64,000 nt of DNA, from the NCBI GenBank assembly GCA_951406725.2, contig OX597820.1, positions 105,710,001-105,774,000 of the forward strand, in the 5' to 3' direction. The translations under genes and the position numbers were made by a program. Origin of the DNA: Octopus vulgaris. Its lineage: Eukaryota. How positions within the stretch are numbered: position 1 is the first letter of the stretch; the number at the start of each line of letters is the position of its first letter. Below are positions 51,671-64,000 of this stretch, in pieces. The notes under the pieces were generated by a model, which saw only the letters and a list, made by a program, of their open reading frames with translations, did not search any database and was not told where the DNA came from.

Positions 51671-51963
51671 ATCAGCCAGTAAACATTCAGGTATGTCTAT
51701 TCAATTGTAAAGCATGAATACGCACACATGTATGAGTTGTACAGATTAGCGAGTGCAAAAGCTAGTAACTGCATAGACAACCGTGTGAATGCATATAAGT
51801 ATACAGGAACAGGTCAACAACTGAACAATTGAGCAAAAATATACTTATATGTATTCACACCCTTGCAGTTACTAGCTATTTCCACTTACTGTTCTGTATA
51901 ACTCATGTGTGTGTATTCATGTTTTACAATTGAATAGACATACATGAAAGTTTACTGGCTGAT
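51671..51963. repeat. Imperfect inverted repeat, ~100-bp arms (51671-51773 / 51864-51963), in a (TA)n-flanked module
   Basis: atcagccagtaaac...gtctattcaattgtaaa / tttacaattgaatagac...gtttactggctgat. Confidence 0.8.
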
Positions 51964-51981
51964 CCTCTCAATTTTCTTATT

Positions 51982-52028
<47 letters not shown>

Positions 52029-52139
52029 CATATATACACATGCACGCACACACACATATAAATACATATATTTATACACACATATATAGACACATGTATA
52101 CATATATATATATATATGTATATATATATACTCTTTACT

Positions 52140-52555
52140 CTCTTTTACTCTTTTACTTGTTTCAGTCATTTGACTGCGGCCATGATGGAGCACCGCATTT
52201 AGTCGAGCAACTCGACCCCAGGACTTATTCTTTGTAAGCCCAGTACTTATTTTATCGGTCAGTTTTGCCGAACCGCTAAGTGACGGGGACATAAACACAC
52301 CAACATCGGTTGTCAAGCAATGCTAGGGGGACAAACACAGACACACAAACACGCACACACATACATAAATATATACATATATATGATGGGCTTCTTTCAG
52401 TTTCCGTCTACCAAATCCACTCACAAGGCTTTCGTAGGCCCGAGGCTATAGTAGGAGACACTTGCCCAAGGTGCCACGCAGTGGGACTGAACCCGGAACA
52501 ATGTGGTTGGTAAGCAAGCATACTGTGCTGCACCATACAAAATCACTCCTGCGCA
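52140..52555 (-). mobile_element. tRNA-derived SINE
   Basis: Same family as 5027-5426. Confidence 0.85.
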
Positions 52556-52645
52556 GACTATATATATATATATAACATATATATATATATATGTATGTAT
52601 ATATATACGTATATGTATGTATATGTACATATATTTTTCTTATTG

Positions 52646-52682
<37 letters not shown>

Positions 52683-54100
52683 GTATATGTATGTATATAT
52701 ATATGTATGTCATATATATACGTATATGTACTTTTTTTGATATCGTATATTTTCCTGTTTTATCCTATGTCATCTCATCTATGAAACCTTACCTTCACAA
52801 ATCTGATTTAATATATGTTGCAACCATAATTGCTACTAATCAATAACATAATCCTACCTACAAAATTCAAATTTCTTCACAAGCACAACTGCTCATCTTC
52901 ATACACCTCAATACATTCCTTTTTTGCCTTGGATTTATCAGCTATTCACACTGCTATTATGCATATATAGATATATCATCATCATATCGTTTAACGTTGT
53001 TTATCCATGACAGCATGGGTTGGACGGTTCAACTGAGGTATGGGGAAAGGCTGCACCAATCCAGTCACATCAATGTACACATATACCCTTCCTAATGCCA
53101 ACCACTCCATATAGTGGGTGCTTTTTATGTGCCGGCTTCGTTCTAGGGGAGGCTGGCAACGGCTATGATCGGTTGGTGCTTTATGTGCCACCATATATAC
53201 ATCATCATCATCATCGTCGTCGGATAACATCTTGCTTTCCATACTGGCATGGGTTGGACAGTTTGAATGAGGACTGGTGAGTCAGAAGGCTGCAACAGGC
53301 TCAATTTTATCTGGCAAAGTTTCTACAGCTGGATGCCCTTCCTATATATATAGGGAACCTCTGTACAAGATTACCACATATATGCACTCATAAACACAGG
53401 CCTGGGTAAGGGATTTTTTTTGTTTTTTTGTTTTTCTTGAGGAATACTTCCAGTTGCCCAGTAGCCATGCATACAAGTCTTCCCACTTCATGCCACTAAC
53501 GTTATTTCCATAAAGCCCACCACTTTCATGTCAAAATAGCTACCACAGCAGATTTGTCACAGGCATTGCTGTCAGAAAGCAAATGACCACAAAATATTAT
53601 GTCTGGCCACTCTAACAGATTATATAGTCTCCTGCCATAGATTAATCTTTATTTTGGGGGGGTCCCAAAAGTTGACCCCAACAGGATTTGAATATATGAA
53701 CACTGAGATCAAACAACAAAAATATATGATATTATTTTATCCAAAACTCCAAGCTCTACTGATTTGTTGCATACACACACACACATAGCCATGTTTCCTC
53801 TTGAAGCACATCTGGTTATTCCATTATTACAATCAATATGTATCCACAGTTGCTGCTGTATGTCAGTCAAAATACATATTAAATTGAGGAATATGTAAAT
53901 AATATTTGCATATTTATTGTATAACAAAACAGTAAAGTCAAAATTTTTTAGTATCATTTAGTCTCCATTACATGTGCTTCATTTGCTAATTTTTCTCTCT
54001 GATGAAATGTCTATCTAACAAGTAAATCTTTGTAATTCTATTAGCAAATGAAACATCTGTAATGGAGAATAAATAATAACCCCAATATCCACTTTCCTAT

Positions 54101-54131
<31 letters not shown>

Positions 54132-54179
54132 TGCATACACACAGACACACACATATATACACTCACACACACACACAAA

Positions 54180-54242
<63 letters not shown>

Positions 54243-56784
54243 ACAAGATATATATATAATGGATTAACAGGTCTGTCAAGTGACTCGTTTGTTAGTCCTG
54301 GCTGTCTGAAGTATATAGCACTGACAGAAAATTTATTCACATGAGAGAGCTTTACAATCCTATGACATTTACATAGCCTTTAAATATGAATGGACTTCAA
54401 TGATTTTTGCCAGTATGAAGGAGAAGGTTATGGGCTCTGTCCTTATTTCTTTGACTATTTATTAAAAATAAAGCATACATAAGTTATTTCAGTGCGCCTA
54501 TATTCTCCTTATACTCCCACATCTAGCATTTCTGAAGTTAGCATTTCTGAAGAACGTTGGCAAGAAAACCAACAGAGAAAGAGAGATATATATATATATG
54601 AATGGAAGGGTACACCTAAGTAGGCTGTATATAAAATATATATTTATATATGTGACCAGTTATTTTGCCAAAAGTTAATGGTTCCAAAAAAGTAAACGAC
54701 CTCCCATATGTATCAAGGTTATAAAGTTATGTATTAATAGCTAGAGCCAAGATAGGCGAAGAGCTAATAAGGCCTCAGTCGAAAGAAGGATAAGAATGTA
54801 TAATATATAGGCATCCTTGTATTTTTCTATTTATAGATTTTTTAATATTTAAGCAATGCTTTCACCTGTTCATTACAGTCCATTGATCCCCAAAACTTTT
54901 GCCCTAACATGGAATTCCATAATAGTTATTAGTTAATGGTAAAGTATTTCACATTGACGTCCATATGTATACAGAAGTTAATGGTGAAATAAGTTCCACA
55001 ATACAGAACTCACATTACAACAGAGATATTATATATACACAACACTATAATACAACGATGCCTGTAGATACTAAATAACTACTTGGTTTACATTAGAAAT
55101 CAAGTGTCTTACAAAATGTATTAAAGCATAGTATCAAAGACATGAAGAAAATAGAAAAGAAAAAGGAGAAGAGATAAAGATCATCATCATCAACTCGTTT
55201 CTATGCTTGCTTTTTCTATGTATATGGTATATATGAACAAGTATTAGTGAAACAGTATTCTACAGCTGGATACCCTCAGTCACCATTTCTTACCTATTTT
55301 CATTTGGGTATTTTAACTTATTCCATTGATCTTCATGCACAATGAAACCACTAGTCTCAAGACATACTTGTTTATAGAGATGTGAATACATCACCATTAT
55401 GTTTCTCAAACAGGAACATATGTAGAAGAGATACATATATATATATACATGATCCATAATTACCCTTATATGGCAGTGAATTGGAAAATTTGTGTGAGTG
55501 TATAAACAAAATTCTTTGCAGTATTTGTTCTGGTTCTTTACACCATGTTAAACAAGAAAAGAGCTATATTTGAAAATATTCATTCTATATGAATCAATAC
55601 ATATATAGTACCAAACTACGATAGTGGAATGAAATTGCATTGAATGAAGGTACCTTGCAGTATGTATTTGAGTACCTTGTGTGTGTGTGTGTTTTGTGTG
55701 TGTGGTGATAAATTAATCCATCACTCAGTTTAACACCACTATCTATTCCTCAGGTGCCTTTAGCAGAGTTCTCACTGTTGCAATATGTAACTAGATCTCT
55801 AGTTGGAGGATAATTTTTTTCATTCCTCCACTATCTTGCAGAGCCCTGGAAAAATTACCAGTTGCTGCTCTACCCACTCTGACTCAGCTATAAAATATAT
55901 ATATATAGCATATATATATAATATATAAACAATATGCAAGCATTCAATTAAATAAAAGAACATATATATATATATGCATAGAATTTATTTTCACGAAAAA
56001 TATATTGAAAATGAAATATTTCTTAGTTTACAGTTAGTTTGAACAGAGTTTGAAGGGAATACACTATATCTTCTTTCCTTTTGCACCTAAACTAATAAGC
56101 AAAGCTTTTATTGTGAAAACAAGCTTCTATACAGTTCCTATTTATTATTCATAATTGCTGATTTTCATTCATCTTTTCAATATTATCTGAACTTTTCATA
56201 GATCTCATGCATGAAAAACTGAATTCTATGCATTTTCCAACGAATCAAATCAGAAATTCGTTTGCCAAAATATTCCCCCCTTATTCCACTATCGTTGTTG
56301 TATATATACAAGAACACATACCTATACCTGTTTTTCAGTGTTATTTTTAAATATTTTCTTTTGACATTTTTTCAATACAATTATATGCAGTGAATTTCTT
56401 TAACATATTTATATCTATAGTATATATATAGTGTGTGTATGTTTACATTAGAAAATATTGATGTTTCTTTCAGTCGTATTGACTATATATATGTTACTAA
56501 CTTAAGCGTTCTTCAACGTGATTTATGTGCTTATATTATTTTCAAAGAAAAGCTAAGAAATATTTTCATATCATTAACCATTTTATAGAAAGTGTTTTAG
56601 CATAAATATTTTCCAAAATTTATTCTTGTTTTCCCCAAAGTTTAAACTTCTAAAACTATTTAATATATCTAATTGATTTTTTAGATACATGAAGACATAC
56701 ATTTTCTTGATATATATATTTGTATATATATATTTCTCACATGCTTTCCTTAATTTACCTTTATATTATGGGTTCTATAAAGAC

Positions 56785-57000
56785 AGTGCATTGGTGAATC
56801 GTTAGAGCATCAGACCAAATGCCTTGCAGTATTTCATCAGCTCATGTATATTCTGAGTTCAAATCCTGCTGAAGATTTACTTTACATTTTTCTGTAGTCA
56901 ATAAAATAAAGTACCAGTTAAATACTGGGTCGATAGTATTGACTAACCTCCACTGTCACAGCCACCCCAAGTATCAGGCCTTGTACCAACATTAAAAAAA
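56785..57000 (+). mobile_element. Degenerate Meta-like SINE
   Basis: aatcgttagagc..ttctgagttcaaatcc..gtcaataaaataaagtaccag. Confidence 0.6.
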
Positions 57001-58253
57001 TTTTTCATTTTGGGTTCTTAGATTTCTTTTATATAGAACGATCAAATTTACATAAGTACAACACATTTGTATGAAATATTTTCTATTTCATTACCTTTCG
57101 GCATCACAAAACAAGTAATGAACTTGTAACCATTTAACAAGCAATTAATGCATGAATTAAACGCCGTGTTTTAGATCCCTCTGCCCTAGTTTGTCTTTAA
57201 CTCTTCTGATACCAACCTGAAACCGCCTCCGGCTCTGTAGTACAAATGTCTTGTTTTCAAAAGTTCTAATTAGAATCTTTCACAAAACCTATAGTACATA
57301 TATGTTCTTAACACTAGCTATATTATAATATAATATATATATGTATAAATTATATATGTATATGTTTAAAATTAATATAGAAATAAACTCAGATGTAGCA
57401 TCTCAACAGTAAATATGGTAAGAAAAAGGTATATAAAATATATATCTATAACTACAATATATTCAGGTTTTTCTATGCCTTGATAACAAGATTAAAAGAT
57501 GCAGATGTATATACAGAATACTGGCATTTCATATTATGGTTTAAAGAGAATATATAAAAGGAAAATAGGCTCATGCCTAAAGTGCAAGGTTTCAGTTAAT
57601 ATCTTGCGTAAATATAAAAAGTTGTTACCTTGGTAACTCCAGTAAAGAATCTACTGAACATATCTATAGCATACAGCCAATAAAACTCACAAAATCAATA
57701 CATCAGACATAGTTTAGATTATACGATGAATTATTATTCTACACTACTAATACATATTTTATTGACCCTGGAAGTATAAGGCTAAGTCAACTTTAGTACC
57801 CAGAATTCTAATTCTTGCCCATGTTTGTTAACTATATAATCAGCGATCATAATTCTCAGAGTGATATATATATATATATATATATAGAATGGTTGTGGTT
57901 AGAACAGTGATAATACAGCAAAGTTTTGATATAAACAGATGCATCAAATAACTTAAATCCACATGTCTGGGGTGTTGTTGAATAATGGGATAACATAATT
58001 CTAAAGATTTTATAAACTGTCTAAATGTATTGGTATAGAATTCTTAAAGTTGGAGGTATGGGTATGTAGCTACAGAATCAACATCACAACCACATGGTTT
58101 GGTTTCAGTTCCACTACCTGAGTAAATATGCAAAGTCTTCTACTATAGCCCCAGGTCAACCAAGTGCCTTTTGAGTGAATTTGGTTGATAGTAACTCTAC
58201 AGAAGCTAATGTATGTATGTATGTATGTATGTAGGAGTGTATATGTAGGAGTG

Positions 58254-58668
58254 TAGGAGTGGCTGTGTGGTAAGTAGCTTGCTTACAAACCACATGGTTT
58301 AGGATTCAGTCCCACTGCATGGCACCTTGGGCAACTCTCTTCTACTATAGCATTGGGCCGACCAAATCCTTGTGAATGGATTTGGTATACAAGAAAGAGC
58401 CTGTGTGTATATATGTATATATATATGTGTGTGTGTGTGTGTGTATGTGTGTGTGTTTATATGTTTGTGTGTCTGTGTTTGTCCCCCTAACATCGCTTGA
58501 CAACCGATGCTGGTGTGTTTACGTCCCTATAACTTAGCAGTGTGGCAATAGAGACCAATAGAATAAGTATTGGGCTTACAAAGAGATAAATCCTGGGGAT
58601 GATTTGCTCAACTAAAGATGGTGCTCCAGCATGGCAGTCAAATGACTGAAACTAGTAAAAGAGTAAAA
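58254..58668 (+). mobile_element. tRNA-derived SINE (partial older copy at 58052-58210)
   Basis: ggagtggctgtgtggtaag...cagtcccactgc...gactgaaactagtaaaagag. Confidence 0.85.
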
Positions 58669-58788
58669 GTATAGAGAGAGTTTATATATATATATATTGT
58701 TGTGTCTGGGGAGAGTCACCATTCCTTTTAGTACCTTATAATTTAACACACACCGGTAAAGTTTCCACTCATTTACTTATTTATGTTT

Positions 58789-58823
58789 CTAAATTTTCGG
58801 TTGTCTTGCAATCTTTTCAATAG
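58789..58823 (-). ncRNA. Degenerate hammerhead motif, U3-A8 core
   Basis: cta TTGAAAA gattg caaga caacc GAAA att tag; stem III too short as written. Confidence 0.4.
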
Positions 58824-59439
58824 TCATTGACTCTGTCCGTTATCTGAGCTATGACATGCGCAAAGTGTGTGGGTCAGTGTGTGTGTGCATATACAATGTA
58901 TGTATGTATGTGTGCGATATGTATATATATATATCTCTTATTATAAAAGGCAGATTTTATCTGCCTCCCTTTGGGAGTTATACAAATCTACAATATAGGA
59001 TTTCTTCAATTACAATTTACCTAGCAATTTTAAGAGTACAATGCATCGCGTCATGCCAGGTCCAGTTTTTAAAATTTAAACTCCAATTAAGCAAAATTTA
59101 CAGAAAACTCACATTCTGGTGTGTGTGTCAAATGCTTTTCTTAGTCTGGTTTACACCACACGCAAACGCACACACACAGTGGGCAGCGAATAAAATGAAA
59201 GTAATTTACTTACTGTAGTGAGTGATTCTTTCACTCTGCCTCCCACTTCCTCTTTCAACACAGACACGCAAATATATAAATAAAATTGTAAGCTAACGTG
59301 CGTGTGTGTGAGTGTGTGTGTGTGCGCGTGTGTGTGTGTGTGTGTGTGTGAGGGTGCGCGCGCGTGTGTGTGTGTGTGTGTGTGCGTGGGCGTGAGTGTG
59401 TGACAGGAAAGTTTTTTACGACGAATATAAGTAGCAGAA

Positions 59440-59665
59440 AGATAAGACAGTAAGGTGTGATTTGAGGGAGATTTGGCTGCTATTTCTACCATGTCTAGCT
59501 GCCATGTAGGGGTCTCCCTCATAGGCTCATACATACATATATACATAGATAAGACAGTAAGGTGTGCATAGATAAGACAGTAAGGTGTGATTTGGGGAAA
59601 TTTGGCTGCTACATAAAACAGTAAGGTGTGATTTGGGGAAATTTGGCTGCTAGGTCTAGCTGCCA
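59440..59665 (+). repeat. Short tandem array of gataagacagtaaggtgtgatttg...atttggctgct
   Basis: Four partial units; the motif also occurs at 6908-6947 and 7168-7206. Confidence 0.75.
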
Positions 59666-60070
59666 GATTTACATATATACATAGGCAGTGCTGTTTCTAC
59701 CAGGTCTGCTACCATGTAGGCCTTCTCATGTAAACTCAAGCTGCTTATGTTAGGCCTTCTCATGTAAACAAGCTTTCTTATGCCTTGAGACCAAAGCAGA
59801 GAATGTATTCTTTTATTCTTCTGCTTTTTCCAGCCATTGGTCTGTGGCCATGCTGGGGCAATGCCTTGAAGAATTGTAGTTTAATGAATCAACTCCAGTT
59901 TTATTTTTGTAAGCATTGTACTTATTCTATCTGTTTCCACTAGGTGACAGGGATGTAAACAAACCAACATTCGTTGTCAAGCAGTGGTGGAGGACAATCA
60001 CAAGCACAGACACGCACACACACACACATACATGCATACATACATATATATATATGTGTGTATATATATA

Positions 60071-60329
60071 TTGCAGCGTGGAAGGTGTTTGTAAGCCATT
60101 TAAGAAACACACAAAAACCGTTACATTCACTTCAACATTTAAATTTCATTTGCCAAAATATTTTCGTCGCTTTGAGACCGCGACCTGTTCACTGACAAAA
60201 ATATCGTGCTAACAGGTCGCGGTCTCAAAGCGACGAAAATATTTTGACAAATTAAATTTAAATGTTGAAGTGAATCTAACGGTTTTTGTGTGTTTCTTAA
60301 ATGGCTTATAAACACCTTCAACGCTGCAA
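60071..60329. repeat. Palindrome, ~118-bp arms, ~22-nt loop, next to (TA)n
   Basis: ttgcagcgtggaaggtgttt...cgcgacctgtt / aacaggtcgcg...aaacaccttcaacgctgcaa. Confidence 0.92.
60149..60199 (-). ncRNA. Minimal hammerhead motif, G3-C8 swapped core
   Basis: tttgtca GTGAACA g gtcgc ggtctcaaa gcgac GAA AATATT T tggcaaa. Confidence 0.65.
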
Positions 60330-60405
60330 CTGTTTTCGTTCCAGCACACGATCTCAGATCAAGTCACTTGCTATGCAAGTACATCTCTGTAACTATTTAT
60401 ACATT

Positions 60406-60436
<31 letters not shown>

Positions 60437-60499
60437 TGTTAAAAACAGTAAGATAACAAAAGAAAGAAAGAGACCTCAATATTATGTAAATAGAGGAAA

Positions 60500-60894
60500 T
60501 CTTTATATATAAAAGTGAGGTTGTGTGTCTGTCTCCTACGATTTAGATTCCTAACTACTCCCACATTTTGCGGTGCAGTTTAACCAAAAGCGGGTATCTT
60601 ATAGTCGTGATTCATATCGAGACCGTCTGGGTATTAGCGCGCGTCTACGATGAGTCTACGATTTAAAAAAAAAATTACCATCAATTTTTCCCATTTTTAA
60701 TCCATTTTTGACATATATAAGGGAAGTAACTCTCTAAAATTTATTATTAAATCTCAGAACGTAAAAAGCTACAGTAACACCCCTCCCCCTTTGTGGTTAG
60801 CCATATTGAGATGGCTATTATACTTTACATCTCTAAAAATGCTTATATAATTATTTCCCTTACAAACCCGAGCAACGCCGGGCGATACTGCTAG
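60500..60894 (+). mobile_element. Non-autonomous Helitron (family A)
   Basis: A|TCTTTATATATAAAAG ... cccgagcaacgccggg cgatactgCTAG|T. Confidence 0.88.
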
Positions 60895-61277
<383 letters not shown>

Positions 61278-61740
61278 GGTCGTTTTTCTTCTAGCTCTGA
61301 CTTCAGCCGCTCAAGTTGCTCGCTGGAGATCTCCTTTACTATCGTTTGGTTTGGGTTTAAAATTTCAAAGTGGACTAAACCTTTCATGTCCCACCAAACA
61401 GATAACAACACCTTACATAGATCAATACCTTCTTTAGCCTGTTTTTTTCCCTTTCCCTACCCACTATCTTCACCAGTCCACTATTCGGTCCAAAAAAAGG
61501 TTCATTCGTGAGATGTGACAGCAAAAAGCATACATTGAGTCTCTTCGCGCGATTAGACTCGGAAAGTTACTGACTTTTTCGATGGCACGCAGGTTTCGGT
61601 GAATAGTTGTGTGACTAAATCCAAACTTCTCTAGCAGTTCCTTAACAGTTACAATGGGATTTTGTTCCACCAGGGTAAAATTACTACCTGCCTTTATCTC
61701 AAGTTGATGTAGATATTTTATCCCGTCCCCCTCCAATCGC
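61278..61740 (-). pseudogene. Mariner transposase relic
   Basis: [38 protein letters not shown]; upstream HTH piece VEQNPIVTVKEL..FGFSHTTIHRNL. Confidence 0.85.
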
Positions 61741-61785
61741 ATTATTTATGGGATGACTCAATATTTATGCCTGTATTATAAATTA

Positions 61786-62787
61786 TTGTTGGCATCCTTT
61801 CTGTCTCGGGAGACAATGGAGTTGCGCATAAAGTAGTCTTGTCCAGCTTTTATATTTCATGTCCTGATACATTTCCTGCTGTGGCTGTGTAGTCCTATCC
61901 TGGACAAACACTCCCTCTGGCAGGTACCGCAAATGTAGCGAAGACTGTTCCTGGCTGGTTGTAGTGCCATAGTCTCTTGTTTACCTCTCTTCCTTTCTTT
62001 CCATTTCTCCTCTCTCTCTCTGTCACTCCTTTGTATTCCCTCTTTTACGGTACATCGCCATTCTCCGCCTCCCAACCGCTAATATTGATGTTGCAGGCCT
62101 TCATGTCCCTTTTGCAAACATCCTTGTAACGTAAGATCGGTCTACCCACAGACCTAGTACCCCTAGCAAGCTCTCCGTAGAGTATGTCCTTGGGGATTCT
62201 GCCATCTTTCATACGGCTAACATGCCCAAGCCATCTCATACGTCTTTGTGTGAGGAGTGCAAACATGCTTGGTATTCCTGCTTGCCTGAGGACATCTTTG
62301 TTGGGGATATGATTCTGCCATTTAATGCGGAGGATTTTTCGGAGGCAGCGCAGGTGAAAGATGTTTAGGCGACGCTCTTGGCGTATGTATAGCGTCCAGG
62401 TCCCACTTCCATACAGTAGAGTGCTGAGTACACATGCCTGGTAGATCTTCATTTTCGTGGTCTTGATCAGCTTATTGTTGTCCTAAGCCCGTTTGGAGAG
62501 TTGGGCCATCGCAGCAGCTGCCTTGCCAATGCGTATATTGAGCTCAGCGTGAAGGGATAGGTTGTAGGTGACGGTAGAGCCCAGATAGGTAAACTTCTCC
62601 ACCTCTTGTAATCTGTGGTCTCCAATATGTATGTTTGGGATGTCCGATATAGCCTGGCCCATGATGTTGGTCTTCTTAAGGCTGATAGCTAAGCCAAAGT
62701 CGTTACATGCTTGCTCAAAACAGTTAATGAGCCTTTGGAAGGCTTCTTCTGTGTGTGTTACCAGAGCGGCATCATCAGCAAATAACA
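61786..62787 (-). pseudogene. 5'-truncated RTE (BovB-like) LINE 3' end
   Basis: LFADDAAL; KIYQACVLSTLLYG; RWLGHVSRM..IPKDILYGEL..GRP; CGTCQRECLSRIGLHSH; 3' hairpin tgtctc-cc-gagaca. Confidence 0.92.
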
Positions 62788-64000
62788 AATAAAGGTAGTG
62801 GGTAGCGAACTTCTTCACTACTTCAGGGAGTGACGACCCTGCCTGACACGAGTTCCGGGCTCAGCTGGCTCCGGCTGACAGTACCCGGTATGGGCCCCTA
62901 TCCAGGGTTACGGAAAGGAGACAACCTTCAAAGAAATCCGGAGTGGAGCCCCGAAGGCGGTTTAGTGTTCGACTCGACACTCTTCCGGCAGCTCCTGCAA
63001 CCAATGTATTATAAATATTATACGTGATTTATTGGGGGTAGATTTGATGTGATTTTCACATATAAGCAGTCTTGGCAAGGTTTCTCATTTCCGGAATTTT
63101 TGCGAAAATGCCTTGTGTAAATCATTGTTAATCTCTGTGAGTTGTTTTTTTTTATTCAACGTAAATTACAATTAGTTAATATCCTGCTACAGTTCGAGAA
63201 AGGAAATACCTACACAAGTTTGACCCGATTATATCGAAATTTGCTGGGAAAAATGTTTTCCAAGGATGGGAAGAGGAGTTTCGGAAAATTCACTCGAAGT
63301 CGCTTTGTTTTTTCATAACTTCGAAATTTTTTATAAATCCTTTCGGACGGTGTATATTATTATATCGAAATTTAATACTAAAAAAAAAAAAATAATAATA
63401 ATAGGCTCGCACATATACATACTGATCACACACCAAAAATGAAAATTTTAATTTTGAAAAAAATTGTGTGCGAGCCCACCATTTTTTTTCTTGAAGTTAT
63501 GAGGAAACAAAGTGGATGGAGCACAATTGTGAAAGTATGCCCATAATGAAATATCTATGAAATTAATCTTCATTTCGCTGTCGATTTTCCTATGTATAAT
63601 TTAACAGCTATTATTCATGTAATTCTGCCTTATTTTCTACAGAGATATTAAAATATTATGCTGTTGAAATAGTCAACGTCCTTTTTCTAACCTAATTAGC
63701 AGAAACTTGATTAAAATTATGTAATTTTTAAGCCGGTGGCTCTTGACCCGTGTATTAGATAAAGCCATTTGTGTTTTCGTTTCATCATGTAATAAAAATA
63801 CTTTCTGACTCAGTTGACTACTATGCCATTATAGTGAATGAAAATTAAATTTCAAAAAAGGTGTAGCATGAGGAGGAATTCCCCGGTTTTTCTTATATAA
63901 AGCAAACATTTCGAGAATTCAACAATCTGCACTCAGAACTTAATATAGGAAGAAAAAGAAAAGAAACCAATCACATTTTTATTATTAAGTGAGTTTTATT

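Noticed and set aside
53709-53957. Possible host exon (ILTDIQQQLWIHIDCNNG...)
   Set aside because: No recognisable domain or supportable splice context.
54341-58050. About 4 kb without ORFs, containing garbled repeat copies
   Set aside because: Best explained by old repeats or lower consensus accuracy; no structure to report.

Overview
AT-rich eukaryotic genomic DNA made almost entirely of repeats. The SINE families, (TA)n/(TG)n microsatellite load and LINE spectrum look like a coleoid cephalopod (Octopus-like); this is inferred from recognition, not from a search. No host protein-coding exon could be supported, and most ORFs in the track are microsatellite artefacts. Recognisable elements: a near full-length but decayed Tx1/L1-clade LINE (29710-34861), RTE, CR1 and Penelope (GIY-YIG) fragments, several Tc1/mariner relics, non-autonomous Helitrons (some head-to-tail), a DINE-1/Helentron-like element, GGATC-ended MITEs carrying TTAGGG repeats, a solo LTR and many tRNA-derived SINEs. 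Two things stand out. (1) A set of minimal type-I hammerhead-ribozyme motifs sits in short Penelope-type modules at (TA)n tracts, several inside long palindromes, and their catalytic-core 3:8 pair covaries (C3-G8, U3-A8, G3-C8). (2) The Tx1 LINE and SINE units sharing its 3' tail appear to have inserted repeatedly at one site in a SINE head, each bounded by the same 13-bp repeat.
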